Positions 37,193 to 50,941 are shown, counted from the whole stretch's first letter. The stretch is 62,761 bases of DNA, filler included, from Trichosphaerium sp. ATCC 40318 (GCA_038496445.1; 4 parts of 4 records of this genome joined end to end with filler, not necessarily neighbours in it), one strand, 5' to 3'. Notes: generated by a model not told the origin, from the sequence alone. Program-made: numbers and translations.

Positions 37193-37795
37193 TCACTCAA
37201 TCATCCACAATGAACGATACCAGATCTGACGGCGCAGCGTGTGGTGCTTGCTACGACGTCTGACTTGGTACAAGGATGGTTTCTTTGGCGGAGCTAGCTT
37301 GCCTTCCAAGCGTAGTCTCTTTCTAAGAGCCTTCCTTTTTGCGTATATATTGGGGTTTTTCTTGTGACTCGCGGGCGCTGCAGTCTCCAAAGATTCTAAG
37401 AAGACTATCAGCTGGCTTAGAAGCACACCTGACGCTCTCTTCATTAAGTCATCAAATGACATTAAACCTTCATCAATTGCCTGGAGTAAGCGGTAGAGAA
37501 GAGTTAATATCAGTTGTACACTGAAGAGGAAGAGGTTGAAAGATTGCTCTAAGGAGAGTACTGGAACTATACCAAACGTATACATAATACGTTTTTTATT
37601 ATGTCTATTAATGTTGCCAAATTTGTTTATAAACCCTTAAAAAAGCAATCGAAATAAATTGTGGGATACACTTCACTGAAATATCCACTTTAATTACTCA
37701 ATTATGGATAATGCACATTTAAAATCGCTTACAAACCCTTGTGGTTGTTATTGTAGGGCGTGAGAACCGTTTTGGCGATGTTTTGGATCGCGACA
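37193..37795 (-). CDS. Small hypothetical spliced protein, boundaries uncertain
   Basis: MSRSKTSPKRFSRP then donor GT. Downstream exon AIDEGLMSFDDLMKR..YAKRKALRKRL. Confidence 0.35.
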
Positions 37796-38273
37796 TGTGC
37801 TTCTAAACGAGTACTTGCATTTCCCGCTTCCTTTTTTGGACAAAACGCTATTTTAGTTGCCACTACTTTACACTACTATTAAGAACGTATATACGTTTGT
37901 GAACTTGGTCGCAAAGAACGGGGTGACCTGGACCAAGAAAAGTAGAAAACGACGATACAAAATTGTGAAACGAACCGGCTCACTGTTTTTTTCCTTTTTC
38001 AGGTTTTGAGCGTCGTTTCATGTTTTATAACAACTGCGCGTAAAGAAATCTGCTTGCCGGTAATAAGTTGTAGAATGTTGTGAATATGCTGTTGCAAATG
38101 TAAGTAAATGCATGACGCAGCGTGTCAGGGTGTTGGATTTGCAATAGAAACGAAAACAAATATTCAAATCGGACCAGACGTTATTTTATCGCGCATTACC
38201 TGACAATACGTTTAAACAAACGTTGGGAATGATAATATCCAAGCGATAAAATAACGGTTAGAAAGTAGCTGTA

Positions 38274-38506
38274 GGAATTGACCTGTATAAAACAGATTGT
38301 CGACAATCACATTTTTTTGCTGTATTTATTCTTCGCTGTGAGCATTCAGTACATACATTGTAACAAGCAATAAATATGTAATTCACTTGATAGCATCCAT
38401 GTATCAATTATGAGGCACGGAAATTTTTTATTTAGGTTACGAGTAACGATGGACTGAAGAATGCGATGAGCGATAATCATTTTTCTCGATAATCCAGGTC
38501 AATTTT
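38274..38506. mobile_element. 233-bp MITE-like element, copy 2
   Basis: GGAATTGACCTG...CAGGTCAATTTT flanked by GTA/GTA. Shares GAGCATTCAGTACAT, TTGTAACAAGCA and ATGAGGCAYGGAAATT with copy 1. Confidence 0.7.
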
Positions 38507-38550
38507 GTAGATTTAATGTAGATTAAATGGTCACATTTATTAGTAGTACT

Positions 38551-39246
38551 TTACATAATGTTAATGTTCTTTGGAGAATCAAATTTATGAGCGTTCTGTC
38601 TATGAACCTTATCGGCTTTAGCACCCTTACTGGTGAACTCTTTCCATGCTTCTTCGCAGCAAGCATCTTTTACAGCTTTTTTCTCTTCATCAGAGAATGT
38701 CAAGTACTCTAAAGAACAAACAGTGTGTGAGATTACGTATCGCTCATTCCAAAAAAAAAAAACGTGGAAAACGGCATGATATTTGTTCTTTGTTACGTAC
38801 CGGTGTAGAGTTCAATGAAATCGTATGAGAAACCAAGTTCGTTCTCGTCAGTTTGACCATCCCACAAATCAGCACTTGGTGCTGCTACCAAAACAGATTC
38901 TGGAACTTTAAGGTACTATTGCAACAAAAAACATTAAAAATCAAGTTGGCGCACGTGGAAATAAAGAAAAAGCGATAAAACTGCCTAGAAATTCTTTACA
39001 AATTTCTTATATACGTACAGCTGCAACAGCAAAAACCTAGGGATACAACATTAGCAAAAACCCTTTTAAAAAAAAAATAGGAAAGGAGAAAACTCAAAAA
39101 ACAAAATTTTTCAAGAAGTTCGGTTTGCATGAATTACTACGTACTTCTGATTTATGCAAATCAGCGATGAGTTTACATCAACAACACCGTCACCTGCCTT
39201 ACAAAAGTATGCTAGGTATCCATCTTCGTCTTTGTTACCTGTTCCC
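38551..39246 (-). CDS. nadE: NAD+ synthetase (NadE-type synthetase domain), 5'-partial
   Basis: [56 protein letters not shown]. One apparent 1-nt frameshift at ~39173. Confidence 0.85.
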
Positions 39247-39263
39247 CTAAATGACGTGTAAAC

Positions 39264-39363
39264 NNNNNNNNNNNNNNNNNNNNNNNNNNNNNNNNNNNNN
39301 NNNNNNNTTAATTAATTAANNNNNNNNNNNNNNNNNNNNNNNNNNNNNNNNNNNNNNNNNNNN
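39264..39363. other. Artificial contig-joining spacer
   Basis: N44-TTAATTAATTAA-N44. Confidence 0.97.
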
Positions 39364-41171
39364 AATGTTTGGGCGGTAGTTGTATCAGAGCTACCAGATC
39401 TTGATGATGAAGATGCCAACCACGAGTAGTATATATTTATAGTGGATGGCAAAGAGGTACAAGACAAGCACTTATCATACTCTTTTTATTGATTTATTTC
39501 AGGTTGTTGATGACACTAAAAAAGTTGTGGATCGCACAGATGGAAATGGAAAAGCGAATATCTTAGAAGATACTGAAGAACACTACTTAGAAATATTATC
39601 GACTGAAGGAGCATTCACATACTATGATAAGGTATCAAAAACCCTTAAAACTTTTTTTTGTTTTGTGCTAAACACTTTTAGGAGCCACAAGTACGTACAA
39701 TACATAGACTGTAGTGGTACATTTAATTTACTCAACAACATAGCCAAATGATTTCAGTTGGTACCTCAACTTCGCACACACAGATGTGTTCGAGTATTAT
39801 GGTACAAAATATTTATTTGCTCAAGACGAGATTCAAGTTGCAGAGCATCCAGCTCTTGCTTCAATTCGTGAAAGTACGTTTTGCTGAACCATACTCATAG
39901 CTTCATCTTTATTGCTTCTTTTTAATACTTTGTTCCCTTTAGTGCTACTTCAAAAAGCTAGTGAGGGTGATGATGAATCAAAACAGTTAAATACTTATAC
40001 ACGTAAATTCGAAAACAGCAAAAAAGAAACTTCATCTCCAACACCCATTCTTATTCGGTACATTCATTTTGTTTTTTATCAAAATACTGAGTTGTTTTTT
40101 TATAGTGGCGTTGAACGTCATGGTGTTATAGATACAGATAAGCTGTATGGCATGAAATTAGGAAGAATGACATCAAAGAAGGCAATTAGAGATGGAATTT
40201 CCAAAGTTAAGAATGGACCTACAGTGACTAATCTTATTTGGTATGGAAATAATATTTGTAATAATTTTATTCAACTGACCTTTTATGTTAGCATGGAAGC
40301 ACCAGGTTCCTGAAGAAATATTTATCACAAAAATTGTATTCACTGTAAAATAGGGTGCCAGAGAGATTGGGGAAAAGAGTACAAAAAGTGGCAGCTTGAG
40401 TATGCTTTACGTACTGCTTACACATCATTTGTATCTGGTACCCTTTCATTCATTCAAGATTTTGTTTCCATTAACTTGATGTTTGTAGCTGTTCATGAAT
40501 CTAAGATTGGACTGGCAGAAAAGAACGCCAATGGGGATAAAAAGGTAGAAGATAAAACAGAAGACATGAATGATAGTGATGATTGGTATGACAATGAAGA
40601 TGACTCTGATGACGAGTCTGAAGAAGATGATGAGTTCTGTGTAATTATACACACTGGTAATTGGTACGTTGTAATACTACTATTAGTTTGATTCTAATCT
40701 GATAATTGAAAATAGGGGTTGTGGACCGTAAGTTATTTTAATCATGAGAAGACAGCAAGTTTTATTTCATTGTTCAAGTCTTGATAGGTATGGCAATGAT
40801 TGTGAGTTGATGGCACTAATTCAAATCGCTGCTGCATATTATGCCAAAGTACATGTACTTGTTTACTATCCATCAGATGATAAAGGCGAGGTATGATTTC
40901 ACAACAAACAAATTATTAGATTTTCTTTCAAATAATAAGTTGTTCACATTCTTCTTCACAGAAAGCACTAGAGTCTGCACAGTTGCTATGGAATACATGG
41001 ATAGGAGAGGAGGATAGTGATGACGAAGATGATGAACAAGGTGATAAAACTGGTGGTGAGAAGGAAAGATACGAAGTATGTTTACAATTGTTGTTTAGTC
41101 ACCTAGCTTATTCCGCAATAGGTGCATTGCCCTTACATGTTCTTGGATATGCTGTACAAGAGAAAGTATAA
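39364..41171 (+). CDS. Poly(ADP-ribose) glycohydrolase (PARG)-like macrodomain enzyme, 5'-partial
   Basis: WYLNFAH..LFAQDEIQVAEHPAL (QEE-equivalent), PTPILI.GVER, LICMEAP, RTAYTSF, IHTGNWGCGPYGND..LIQIAAA. Confidence 0.75.
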
Positions 41172-41895
41172 ATGGAATAAAGGCAACAACGCCTAAATAC
41201 AAGAAAGCATAAGTATTAAACAATCGAAACAAAAACAATAAAACTTACATTGTCACGTCAATCAAAATAACCCTTTTGTAGTTTGTTCCTTATGTATCAT
41301 GTGGTAAATTATTTACATTGCACATAAAATAGGAGTCCGATATCAATTGGTACCACTTCGCGACAGACGTGGCGTGGCTGACTTCATGACACATCCACGT
41401 CAATTATTGCTCCGCAGGATTACTGTTTTCAATTGATTATCTCTCCTTGATACCGCGATCTTTCACATGCGTTCCCTGTACACCATATCTCCTTTATGTT
41501 CTGTTTTTCTATTTATAACTTTGTAGCCATACAATTATTGGGTACGCCCGTCAAGCCTACACGCAATAAATCATACATATTGAAGTGGTATGAGATACTT
41601 CATTATAATAGAGAACTGAAGCTACACATTTAAAGTTTATGACTGTTTTATTTTTATTTTTTTTTTCAAAACCTTTGGTTTTCGATCACCATCATTTTAA
41701 TGTCCTCCGAAGACAAGGTATAGCAGTAAACTATTATCCTTAATATCGGTTTACATTTAAGAGAAACCGAGGAATATTTATATATTCTTACATCGCGGGC
41801 ATTTTTCAAAAATCTCGGCAGACTTACCTTTTTAAGAAGCTGTTCCGTCTTCCTGACCTGACATGACTGGATCATTATATCAAACTATAACCTCA

Positions 41896-42798
41896 ATGGC
41901 TACTATCCACTACCTTTTCCTATCTGCTCCGTGTCGTATTGCTCACATTGGTGCTCTTGCCACTGGCACTGACGTAACTCTCAAGGTACTAAGCTGTGAT
42001 AGGAACAATGATATCTAACCATCTCTTAGCCTGTAGATTTAGCCAACGGTGAGCATAGACAAGAAGCTTATTTGAAAATAAACCCAAAACACCAAGTACC
42101 ATCTGTAACTGAAGGAGATGTTGTAGTACGCGACTCAAGTGCTATTCTCAGGTAACATACAAGAACACATTTTCTCTTTACAAAAATACTTGTAATCCTA
42201 ACCTAACCTAAAAATAGGTATTTTAGTATTCAGAATCCGTCACCTGTTTACCCTATAAACAATGCAGTAGAACTGGCACCAGTAAGTTTACAAACTTTTA
42301 TGATGATTCAGAAAACGCAATATCACGTTTTGTAAAGTGGCAACTAAAGGGTTTTTTTAGATCGACTCTGTGTATGAATCTATTCGTAGTGATATCTTCA
42401 ACACTTGCAACAAGTTCGCTGTTGAGAATTACTTTGTTTCAAAGGGTCCTAATCCAAGAGAGTCATGTCCTAAAAAGCTGAAAGAGATCACCGACAAATT
42501 ACAAGCTGAGGTGCGTTTTCAACAATCTTGTTTTTTGTGTTTTCCGTTTATTTTCTTACCGTTTGTTTAGTTAGAATTCTATGAGAAGAACTACTTCAAG
42601 AACTCAGGTTTCTTGGTTGGACACTCTGTATCCATGGCTGATTATGCGCTTTGTGTTTCTCTCGCTCAAGCTATTGGTACTGGATACAAGGAAGCTCTTC
42701 CTAAAAAGATTGCTGCTTTGTTCCAAAAAGTCAAGAAAGATCCTGTGTACAAAGAAGCACACGAAGCTTTCTTTGAGTTTGCCAGCACTATCGAATAA
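41896..42798 (+). CDS. Glutathione S-transferase (theta/delta-like)
   Basis: SAPCR, VDLANGEH..YLKINPKHQVP..DSSAILRY, FLVGHSVSMADY. Confidence 0.9.
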
Positions 42799-43594
42799 TC
42801 ATTGTCAATTTGAATAAATCCATCCACAACAGTAGCAAATACCAAAGGCGAGTTGTTTAAATGGTTCTTTTTTTTCTAAAGGATACTTGGTTTGCCAGTT
42901 AAATCTTTGTGAGTCCAACTTGATTTTTTTGTTAGTCGACTCAACTAGGTAAGACTGAGTCATTAAACGCACTAAGTACCAAAATGTTTGCCACGCCAGC
43001 TTCATTGGTTTTAAATTGATGATTACAGCCTCTTAGCGTCATTACAAGAAGTGCAAAAGGGTTTTAGCTTTTACAATGAATCTGACAGAACTGAAATCTA
43101 TCATTTACGAGTTTTGAGTGAATTGCACAGTCAATCTTTTGATTTGCATGTAACGCACAATAGTGCGTGCACTCTCACAGGAAACATCCAAAAGATGTGC
43201 ATTACGTGATACACAATTTGAACAGTACAAAAACGATCGATTCGTTAGGATTTTAATTTTGACGTTTCTTTTGCTTCTAAAACACAATAAAGCCCTCTAC
43301 AGCAGCTATGTATTGTTCTTTGATAAATTAATTGTACTGACTCCAAGTGAGGAGGTTTTAACGTTCTTGTAATAATATCATTTCTTAAGGTGTACTTTGT
43401 TGTTGTCGTATTCTCTGTAGCCACACGCGTATCATTCAGTTGTAAAACATTGGCTTTTATTTTGCAAACAACATTCCCAACAGCCAAAGACATACATCTT
43501 CAAAAAAAAAAAGGAGGAAAAAACAGCAAAATGAGATCGGGTTGTTTTGAATGAGCTTTCTTTATTTCTTGCTTAATACGTAGTACAAGGTATT

Positions 43595-45125
43595 TCATAC
43601 CCATAAAGCAAGTATGGACATTGTTATAAACCCTATTAAAGCCATAAAGCCATGTAGTAAGCCACTCCAAATACCACGTCTCATTTGAACAAAAATATCC
43701 GCCAAAAACATTTCAACAAGTCCAATATAAATGAACGTTCCAGAAGCAAGTCCAAGAAGAATAGCATCTGTTAGTAACCTTGCTGGTCCATCCAATAAAG
43801 TGAGTAAAGTACCACCAAGGATAACACCTACCACGAATCACAAACAACACAGAAAATGAAGGAAAAAAAAAAAAAGAGCATACCTAAAGGTGTACTTGCG
43901 GAGAATGCTGCACTCATAATTGCTCCCCAATACTAGATACAGGTTAACTTTACTTAGGAGTTATTTTTGTATTACGTACCCAGAATGGTATTTTAGAAGT
44001 TACTAGACTCACACCAAGAGCATAGCCGGCGAAACCCTTAAAAAGACGTTCAGAAAAAAGAATCAGAATTTTTTTTGTGATTCTGTTGTGATTTACCTTG
44101 TGAGCCACTATGGCCCCAAAAATCCCCCAACCTTCTCCTTCACCTCTTAGTGAAGACCCTAGAGAGAATCCAGCCAATACTGAGTGTACTACAAGCGCCA
44201 ATAGTAACACAAAAGAGTGGCCAAGAAGAGGGTGTTTACGCTTTTTTGGTTTTTCTTCGGTCAGTAAAGTATCATACTGAGTGCTTGTCTGTGACCGTAG
44301 TAAGCTGTTTAGTTCATCAGAGCCACCAAAGAAATCTAGAAAAGTTGTAGATTAGAATACAGAGCTCGCGTCAACAACAAAAACGAAAAGAAAAAGAAGA
44401 TGCTCCACGTGTGCTTTGTTTTGAGTAACTTACCGGCATGTTCGTGAGAAGACAAAGCTTCTAGAGTTGCCACAACAATAATACCGATTCCAATAAATAC
44501 CAGCCACCTACAGTAAAATATTAGACCTTTAAAACAAGAGGTGATCTAGTGAACAAAAGAAAAAACAACTTCAACAGTTTTGTAAAATTTAAATAATTTT
44601 TTTGTGAAAAAAAAGAAAAAGACTTGCCAAGGGTACGAAGAGCAGGAACCAGGACAAAAATATACAGTGTTATTCTCCAAGTTTACAACAGAAATAAAAT
44701 CATCACAAGAAGGTTCTAAAAGAGTGACGTCAGTAACCGAGAAATCGCGAAAAAAAAATTTCAATCAAAAAAATACCTGAAAAATGTGGTCCCGTGCAGT
44801 TTGAGTATTCTGTCCAACTGGCTATGGGCGTTGCTTAGTACAAAAAAAACCACTAAAACTAATGACAACCCAAATGGTCATAAAAAACAACTAAAATTCT
44901 CAAAACCGTACACAAGCTATCTCCTGCCATATGTACTGTACCCGCGCTTATTAGTACGCCCGCAGAGAATTTGAACGTAAGGGATAGAAAGAACCACAAC
45001 AGAGCGTTAGGATCATTCATAGGACCCCGTTGTTTAATAATGAACGGAATAATAGTACTACATAAGCCAATGAGTAGAATAAGAGCCGCATAGAGCATAA
45101 TATAGCCATATTCGTGTAACGCCAT
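43595..45125 (-). CDS. ZIP family zinc/iron transporter
   Basis: FSAGVLISAGTVHM, ALVVHSVLAGFSLG, AIVAHKGF, STPLGV, SGTFIYI. Confidence 0.9.
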
Positions 45126-45596
45126 TTTCTGTGGGTAACCAAGTGTCTAGATGATAAAAGCGTACGAAAATGGTAATAATTAAGCCAGACATGATGTTAT
45201 TTGAGCGTAAACAGTGTTTTTATGAGCGTTTAATAACGGTTTTCTTTCTTCCAGGGCCGCCCTGGCAGAATTTCTTTTGGTGAATTTAGTACTTGGCTTA
45301 TTGAACTAACACCACGAGGGTGAAGTTCACGACCGCAAGAAATCGCATAAACTGCGTAGCGCTTAAATCTGTACCTCAGGGCCAAAGGGAAAATAGGCCA
45401 AAAAAAACAAATAAAAATTATGATTTTACAAGCTTTGTGTACAAAAGGCCTCTACCAATAATAACAAATACAGGCGTTCAGTAGTTTCTTGAGCTGTTAG
45501 TTCCAATGGCTGTGTTCATAAACAGATTTACCAACGCGTTTTTTTTTGTTTTTATTTTGATGTACTGAGTTTTTTTGGTCATATTGTAAGGTACGT

Positions 45597-47754
45597 TTAC
45601 ATAGATGCCAAGAATAAAACAAGCATGAACAATGACAAACGAGCAGTAAGAATGTTGCTAGTGCTTCCTATGTCAGTGCTTGGTGACGCTGGCTCTGTTG
45701 ATGTAGGTGCAATAGTCAGTACATCAGTTGGCGCTTCAGTGGTAGGTGATTCAGTGGTTCCAGATTCGGCTGGAGTTTCTGTGGTTGGCTCTTCTGTTAC
45801 CATACTTGGAGCGTCTGTATTTGGAGCGTCAGTGGTTGGTGACACTGTAGGCGGAGGATTGAATTTGAATGCAGATATACCACGACTTAGTGGTGCATTG
45901 ATAGGCAGTAAATTTACATCATCTGTATTGATATCAACAGAAAAAATATCTTCATCAAAACAAGATACAATTAAAGTACTTGTTGATGTTGATGTTAAAC
46001 CTAAGGAACTGTTACAACACAAACTGTTTGCTTTAAAATACAAGATATACATACCGGTAATTGCACTACAAGCTACTTCAATTGAACGTTGTGTTCTACA
46101 TGAACCAGTTAGAAAACCAGGAATATTTTCTATTTCACGACTGCCGCCAAGGTAGAGAACACCATCTGCTATTGTTGCTAGTAATGTCTTAATAAAATAC
46201 ACCATATTTCTCGGTGAAACTTTGTGCGAAACACGTGCCCGCACGATCAGTTCCCACAGTTGCACAAATAGTGCTAACTTTACAGTTTTGTAAATCAAGT
46301 TCAAAAATGCGACTAGCACCATATGAGAATATCCTTCCGCTCTCTTTATCTATCATCAATCCATACATCCTAACACTTGTGATGCATGTTTTCTCCTACA
46401 AACGAAAGCGTAAGTAGGATTTAGCATTAGCTATATAGTTAAAGGAGTGAGTACTATTTGACAAGTGTAGGGATCAATTATGAATATTTCTCGGCCTTTA
46501 AAAGGTATGTACAGCACCCTATCAAGTACAAAGCTATACTCCAATGCCTCTGGATCTGTTATCAGTTCTGAATTGTTACATGCTTATACTGTTAGTTGGA
46601 AAATATAATCTGGCACGTGTGCGTACATCCAAAAATAGTATTTGGTTCTGATATCAAGCGATAGTCGAATCCTGGTATTCCGTCTCCTTGAGATGTAATA
46701 AGGGTATCAATCATACCACCTTGAGGCGCTATTGTAGGAGGGGGCGTTGGTGTTACGGGGGCAACAGGAGGAGGTGTTGTATCAACTGGAGGTGGCGATG
46801 TTTCATCAAAGAACATTGCATCAATACCACCTTTACGATAAGGTAATGACGTTGTAAACTCAGTTATCGTTGACGTCCCAATGTCCATAGTAAAAAACTC
46901 ATCGAGATAACCAATAATTTGAGTATCTGATACTGCAGTGATGTCTACGAAATGAAACTGGTAAACGTGATGTTGAATATTAATGCTCAAAAAATGTACC
47001 TCCAGCGAAATTTTGTGTTGAATGATAGTCCACTGTTTCAGTAGCGATACAAGGCATGGGACCTGTTAAGGGCGATATGGCAAATCCACTAACTCCGTTA
47101 ACATATAAAGTATCTCCAATTATCGCAACTACGACAGTAAATGAGATCGCCCAGTCACGAAAAAAAAAAGCACAACAGACGTACTCCCACTTGATATTCC
47201 AATATTCGTTGTGTTCACTTTACAAAAATGACAAAAGGAGCAATCTGTGGGATCGATTTCGACTATATAACCTAGTTCTGTGATGCCATATAATACTTGA
47301 GTAGTCTTATCAACTGCAATATCTCGAAATTCAGTGCTCAAAGGACAAGAATTCTAAAAGTGGTAAAATAAGTAAGTAATATTTGTACTGGCCTTTTATT
47401 ATTGTACCTTTACTAGACACGTGTATGGATCGACTTGTACCAGAGCTCCAAGTGCTCTTACAAATAGTGTTTGAGTCGATGGTAAATAAGACATTGAAGA
47501 AACTGCGCGAAGGCTTGAGTGGCATGCTACAGACGTTTAGGTCTAAAGTTGGTAATGCAGATTGCGTTCGCTAGTAATTTTATTGTGAATAATATTCAGT
47601 TGAACGTACATTGTAGTATGAGCGAGTCATTCTCTATCGATCGTATTTCAAACCCTGTGTTAGTTGACCCGCTAATAATATAAGCGTTGTTCTCTTGCGC
47701 GAGTGTATAGGCCAAAAAACAAGATATAAAGAGGAATATGCCTGTGGCTTTCAT
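45597..47754 (-). CDS. Secreted/GPI-like surface protein with beta-propeller modules and Pro/Thr-rich linkers
   Basis: Signal MKATGIFLFISCFLAYTLA, RDIAVDKTTQVLYGI repeats, PTTDAP/PTTEAP stalk, hydrophobic C-terminus. Confidence 0.7.
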
Positions 47755-48280
47755 GTTCTGACCTCGTATTCAAAATTGTTTACAACTGGAAGAGCGTTGA
47801 CTTCCTTTTGGGAGTTAGGTTTATTAAGATCAAATGTACTACAAATATCTATTCCAATCATGTGATACTATTTAAAGTGGTTTCCGACAAATTTTAGTCA
47901 CGTGTACAACGTGTCGGTTTTGAAAGTCATTTTTTCTTTGAAACAATTTAATTAGTCAAACGAAACAATATAATTGAACAGAGTAAGACGAAACTGGCAG
48001 TCTTATAATAGTCGGTTGAGTAAACCGTTATGTGAACAATATACTATGTGAGGGTAAAGTGTTATCATAATCAATTTCGTGACGGTTGTATTGCTAGCAA
48101 TGCTATTGCAACTTAATGATGTAAACAAACTTTTAGTATGGAGCTTTATCACGCATTGGCATACTCAAAAACATAACATGCAGCTTGGCGATGAAGTACT
48201 GGTTCTTAGATAAACGCAACATGAATAAAAACTGTTTGACAATCACGTTTTACACGTTTAAGAGATTTGTGACAAGGGTC

Positions 48281-50941
48281 TTACAGCGGGCGTATATCAA
48301 CAAATACTGGCGTTTGTACAGCTTCCACTGGCTCTACCGTAGAGACTGGTTCTATTGAAGCTATCGCTTCGATTGGTTCAGCTAAAGCGGCTGTTTCTAA
48401 GGAGTGATTGGAAAAGGGTTGAAGTTAAAGCTGCCATGGCTCCTTGGCGCAGAGAACCAGTATTGATATCAACAAAATAGTAGTCGCCGTTGATTTAATT
48501 TCATCCATACAGGTGTTCTTGGTCCGAACAAAAGTTCCCCTCAATAAGGCGCCGTCAATTCAACACTTGTTGGAGTGCCTCTGATGAAGTAAAGAAGTAA
48601 TATTTAGGTAATTCCTTTGTACTTGATGAATTTTAACAAGTGCTCAAGCAATTTGACATGAAGAATATAAAAAGAAAGCAACCTTAAAAAAATATCCGAC
48701 CTGTAAAGGTGGATCAAGTACTTTATCTTCTGTGAATATATTTACAAGGTTTTTTTACCACGTGGTCGCGCTTGGCTTTCAAGCCTTTACTTCCACAGAG
48801 ATTACACTGCTCTTCTTTTTACGCTTCTTATGTTTAAGTTTTGCTTGGCTTCTTTTCTTCTTCATTACGTTATTAACAGTATTACGAAGTGTTGATTTCC
48901 TCCTCTTGGTTGGCGAGAACTTTGCAGTTCGTTGTGTTTTCTTAGGAATAAGATTTCTATGTGAATTCGAAACGACACGTTTGATTGTATTTTCAGCAAA
49001 AAGTGATGATCTCTCATCAGCGCTACTGAAGCTACTGCTAAAGCTGCTACTACTATCACTTGGATGCCTTGCTAGTGTTTTTCTTGGTCGAAGTATAGAA
49101 GGTGATATTTTAGGAGCGGGTGGGTTATAAGGCTTAACATATCGATGGTTACGTTGGATGATTAACTCCTCGAAACTATTGATATTTTCATCTAGATTTT
49201 TTTTTGTTAACACTCAACGTTTGATTTGACTCCTTTAAAATATAGCGTACATTGTTTATATCCATTGGCATTTTGAATAGCCATTAAGTCAAGAAAAACT
49301 CTGTCTAGAAAATCACGTGGTCAGCAAAGCATGATAAAGAAGTATGTATCCTTGAGCTGTATATTTTTCTTTTGATGATACCTTGAAGTATTGCATCTTC
49401 GACTCTGTAAGCAACTGTTATATAATTTCCGCGTCTACCAAATCTTGCTAGGTACGTTCCATCATCTTCGTCTTTTAATATATCTATAGCTTGATCCTAG
49501 GTTACAACAGCCTTTAGTTATTTTGAATTGACGCTAAAAACATTTGAAAATACCTGTGTTATCGTTCCAAGAAACCAACTTGCTGAAGGCCACTGTTTAT
49601 CGTACAAGTAGATAAGATCGTTATTGAGTGCTACGAACACCTTCTCAAGTGTAGGTATCTTAGTGACATATCCAGCAACACTGTAAGAACCTAATAAAAA
49701 ATAAAATTAAAAAAAAGTGAACGAGGAAGAATTCCACTTCAAATAAGAAAGAAGACGTTTGTACTTCAATCGTTTTTTTTGGCTTTGCCTTCAAACTCTT
49801 TGTTTCGTTATTTACCTCTCATTGATGTTACCACATAATGGTTTGTTCGAAGATCTCCATTATTCCTAAAACACGTGTTAGTATGACGTGATGAATACTT
49901 TTGTTTTTTTAAATTATTTTAAATTGTACACTGTAATCACAAAAGTGTTGACTGTGTATGGCGTCAATAATGTTTCGTGTTTATCTTCATCAATATCATG
50001 ATTACAATGAACAACAAAAGTACTTCTTTTTTCATTCTTCAGTAAAAAGAGAGCTTCTTTTCTATTAAACTGAGGAAGGAACCAATCGAAACTAAGCCTA
50101 CAAACAAGCTGCTTATGATATGTATCAGCAATAACGCCATTCATATGTAGAAATGCTTCAAATCTCAGAAGAGTAACGAATCCAGTATTCTTTGGATCTA
50201 AAAAGAACGTCAGCAAGCCATGAACCATCCAACAAGACAGTAAATAAAGGAGATTATCTTCCATCAAAAAAATCACACGCGATTTTGTGGAATGTTTCCG
50301 AAACGTGGTGAATATTGTAATTCATACCGAACCATGCTCGAAGTTTAAGCCATTGTCCTTCACTCAAAAACGTCAAAGGAGGAATTTCTTCGTGAATAGC
50401 TTTCCTGAAATCCAACCATGGAGCAAAAATCCGCTTTTATCACGTGTCAGTAACAAATATGTACGAAAAAGTGGTTGATACGTAAAATAAAAAAAAAACC
50501 CAACAAAGAAAGCGAAGACCCGTCCACCAAAATCATAAAACAACATCTACAGCTATACGGCGTGGTTATGTACCTTTTTAAAATTATAGCGCCACATTGC
50601 TTTTGCATTCTTATCCCACGTGATATCTAAACGTCACCATAAGTTAAGAAGAAACGAACAAACAAGAAGAGTTCGGTTTTAAACAAAAAGAAGAGGTTTT
50701 AATAAAAATCATCCAGCAACATAAAATTCTCCGTGAGTTATGTCTTACCACCGTACACGCCTGGTAGCTTATTTAAAATACGTTTCCATCCCTTACAAAC
50801 GCGAATGATGCTACTCCATCCTTCAAACTTTCTACCAACAGCAATACGAAGTATGAACGCAAAGGTACGTTGAGGGATGCTTTTGTATGTAATTTCTGCT
50901 ATACTCTCTTCAAGTGACACCAAATCGACGTATTGTTGCAT
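48281..50941 (-). CDS. F-box-like + EF-hand-like linker + tandem SH2-domain protein
   Basis: IPQRTFAFIL..IIRVCKGWKRI; LDPKNTGFVTLLRFEAFL; SH2-1 WFLPQFNRKEALFLLKNEKRSTFVV; SH2-2 WFLGTITQDQAIDILKDEDDGTYLARF. Confidence 0.65.

Noticed and set aside
38551-41171. NadE next to PARG as an NAD/ADP-ribose gene cluster
   Set aside because: The two genes are on different contigs joined by an artificial spacer, so linkage is unsupported.
45250-45400. CCAGGG-CCG-CCCTGG hairpin as an snRNA or SRP RNA
   Set aside because: No diagnostic motifs found beyond a short stem.
45625-46155. Antisense ORFs (also 2780-3175, 27149-27418, 29189-29554, 48732-49130)
   Set aside because: They are shadows of real coding exons on the opposite strand.
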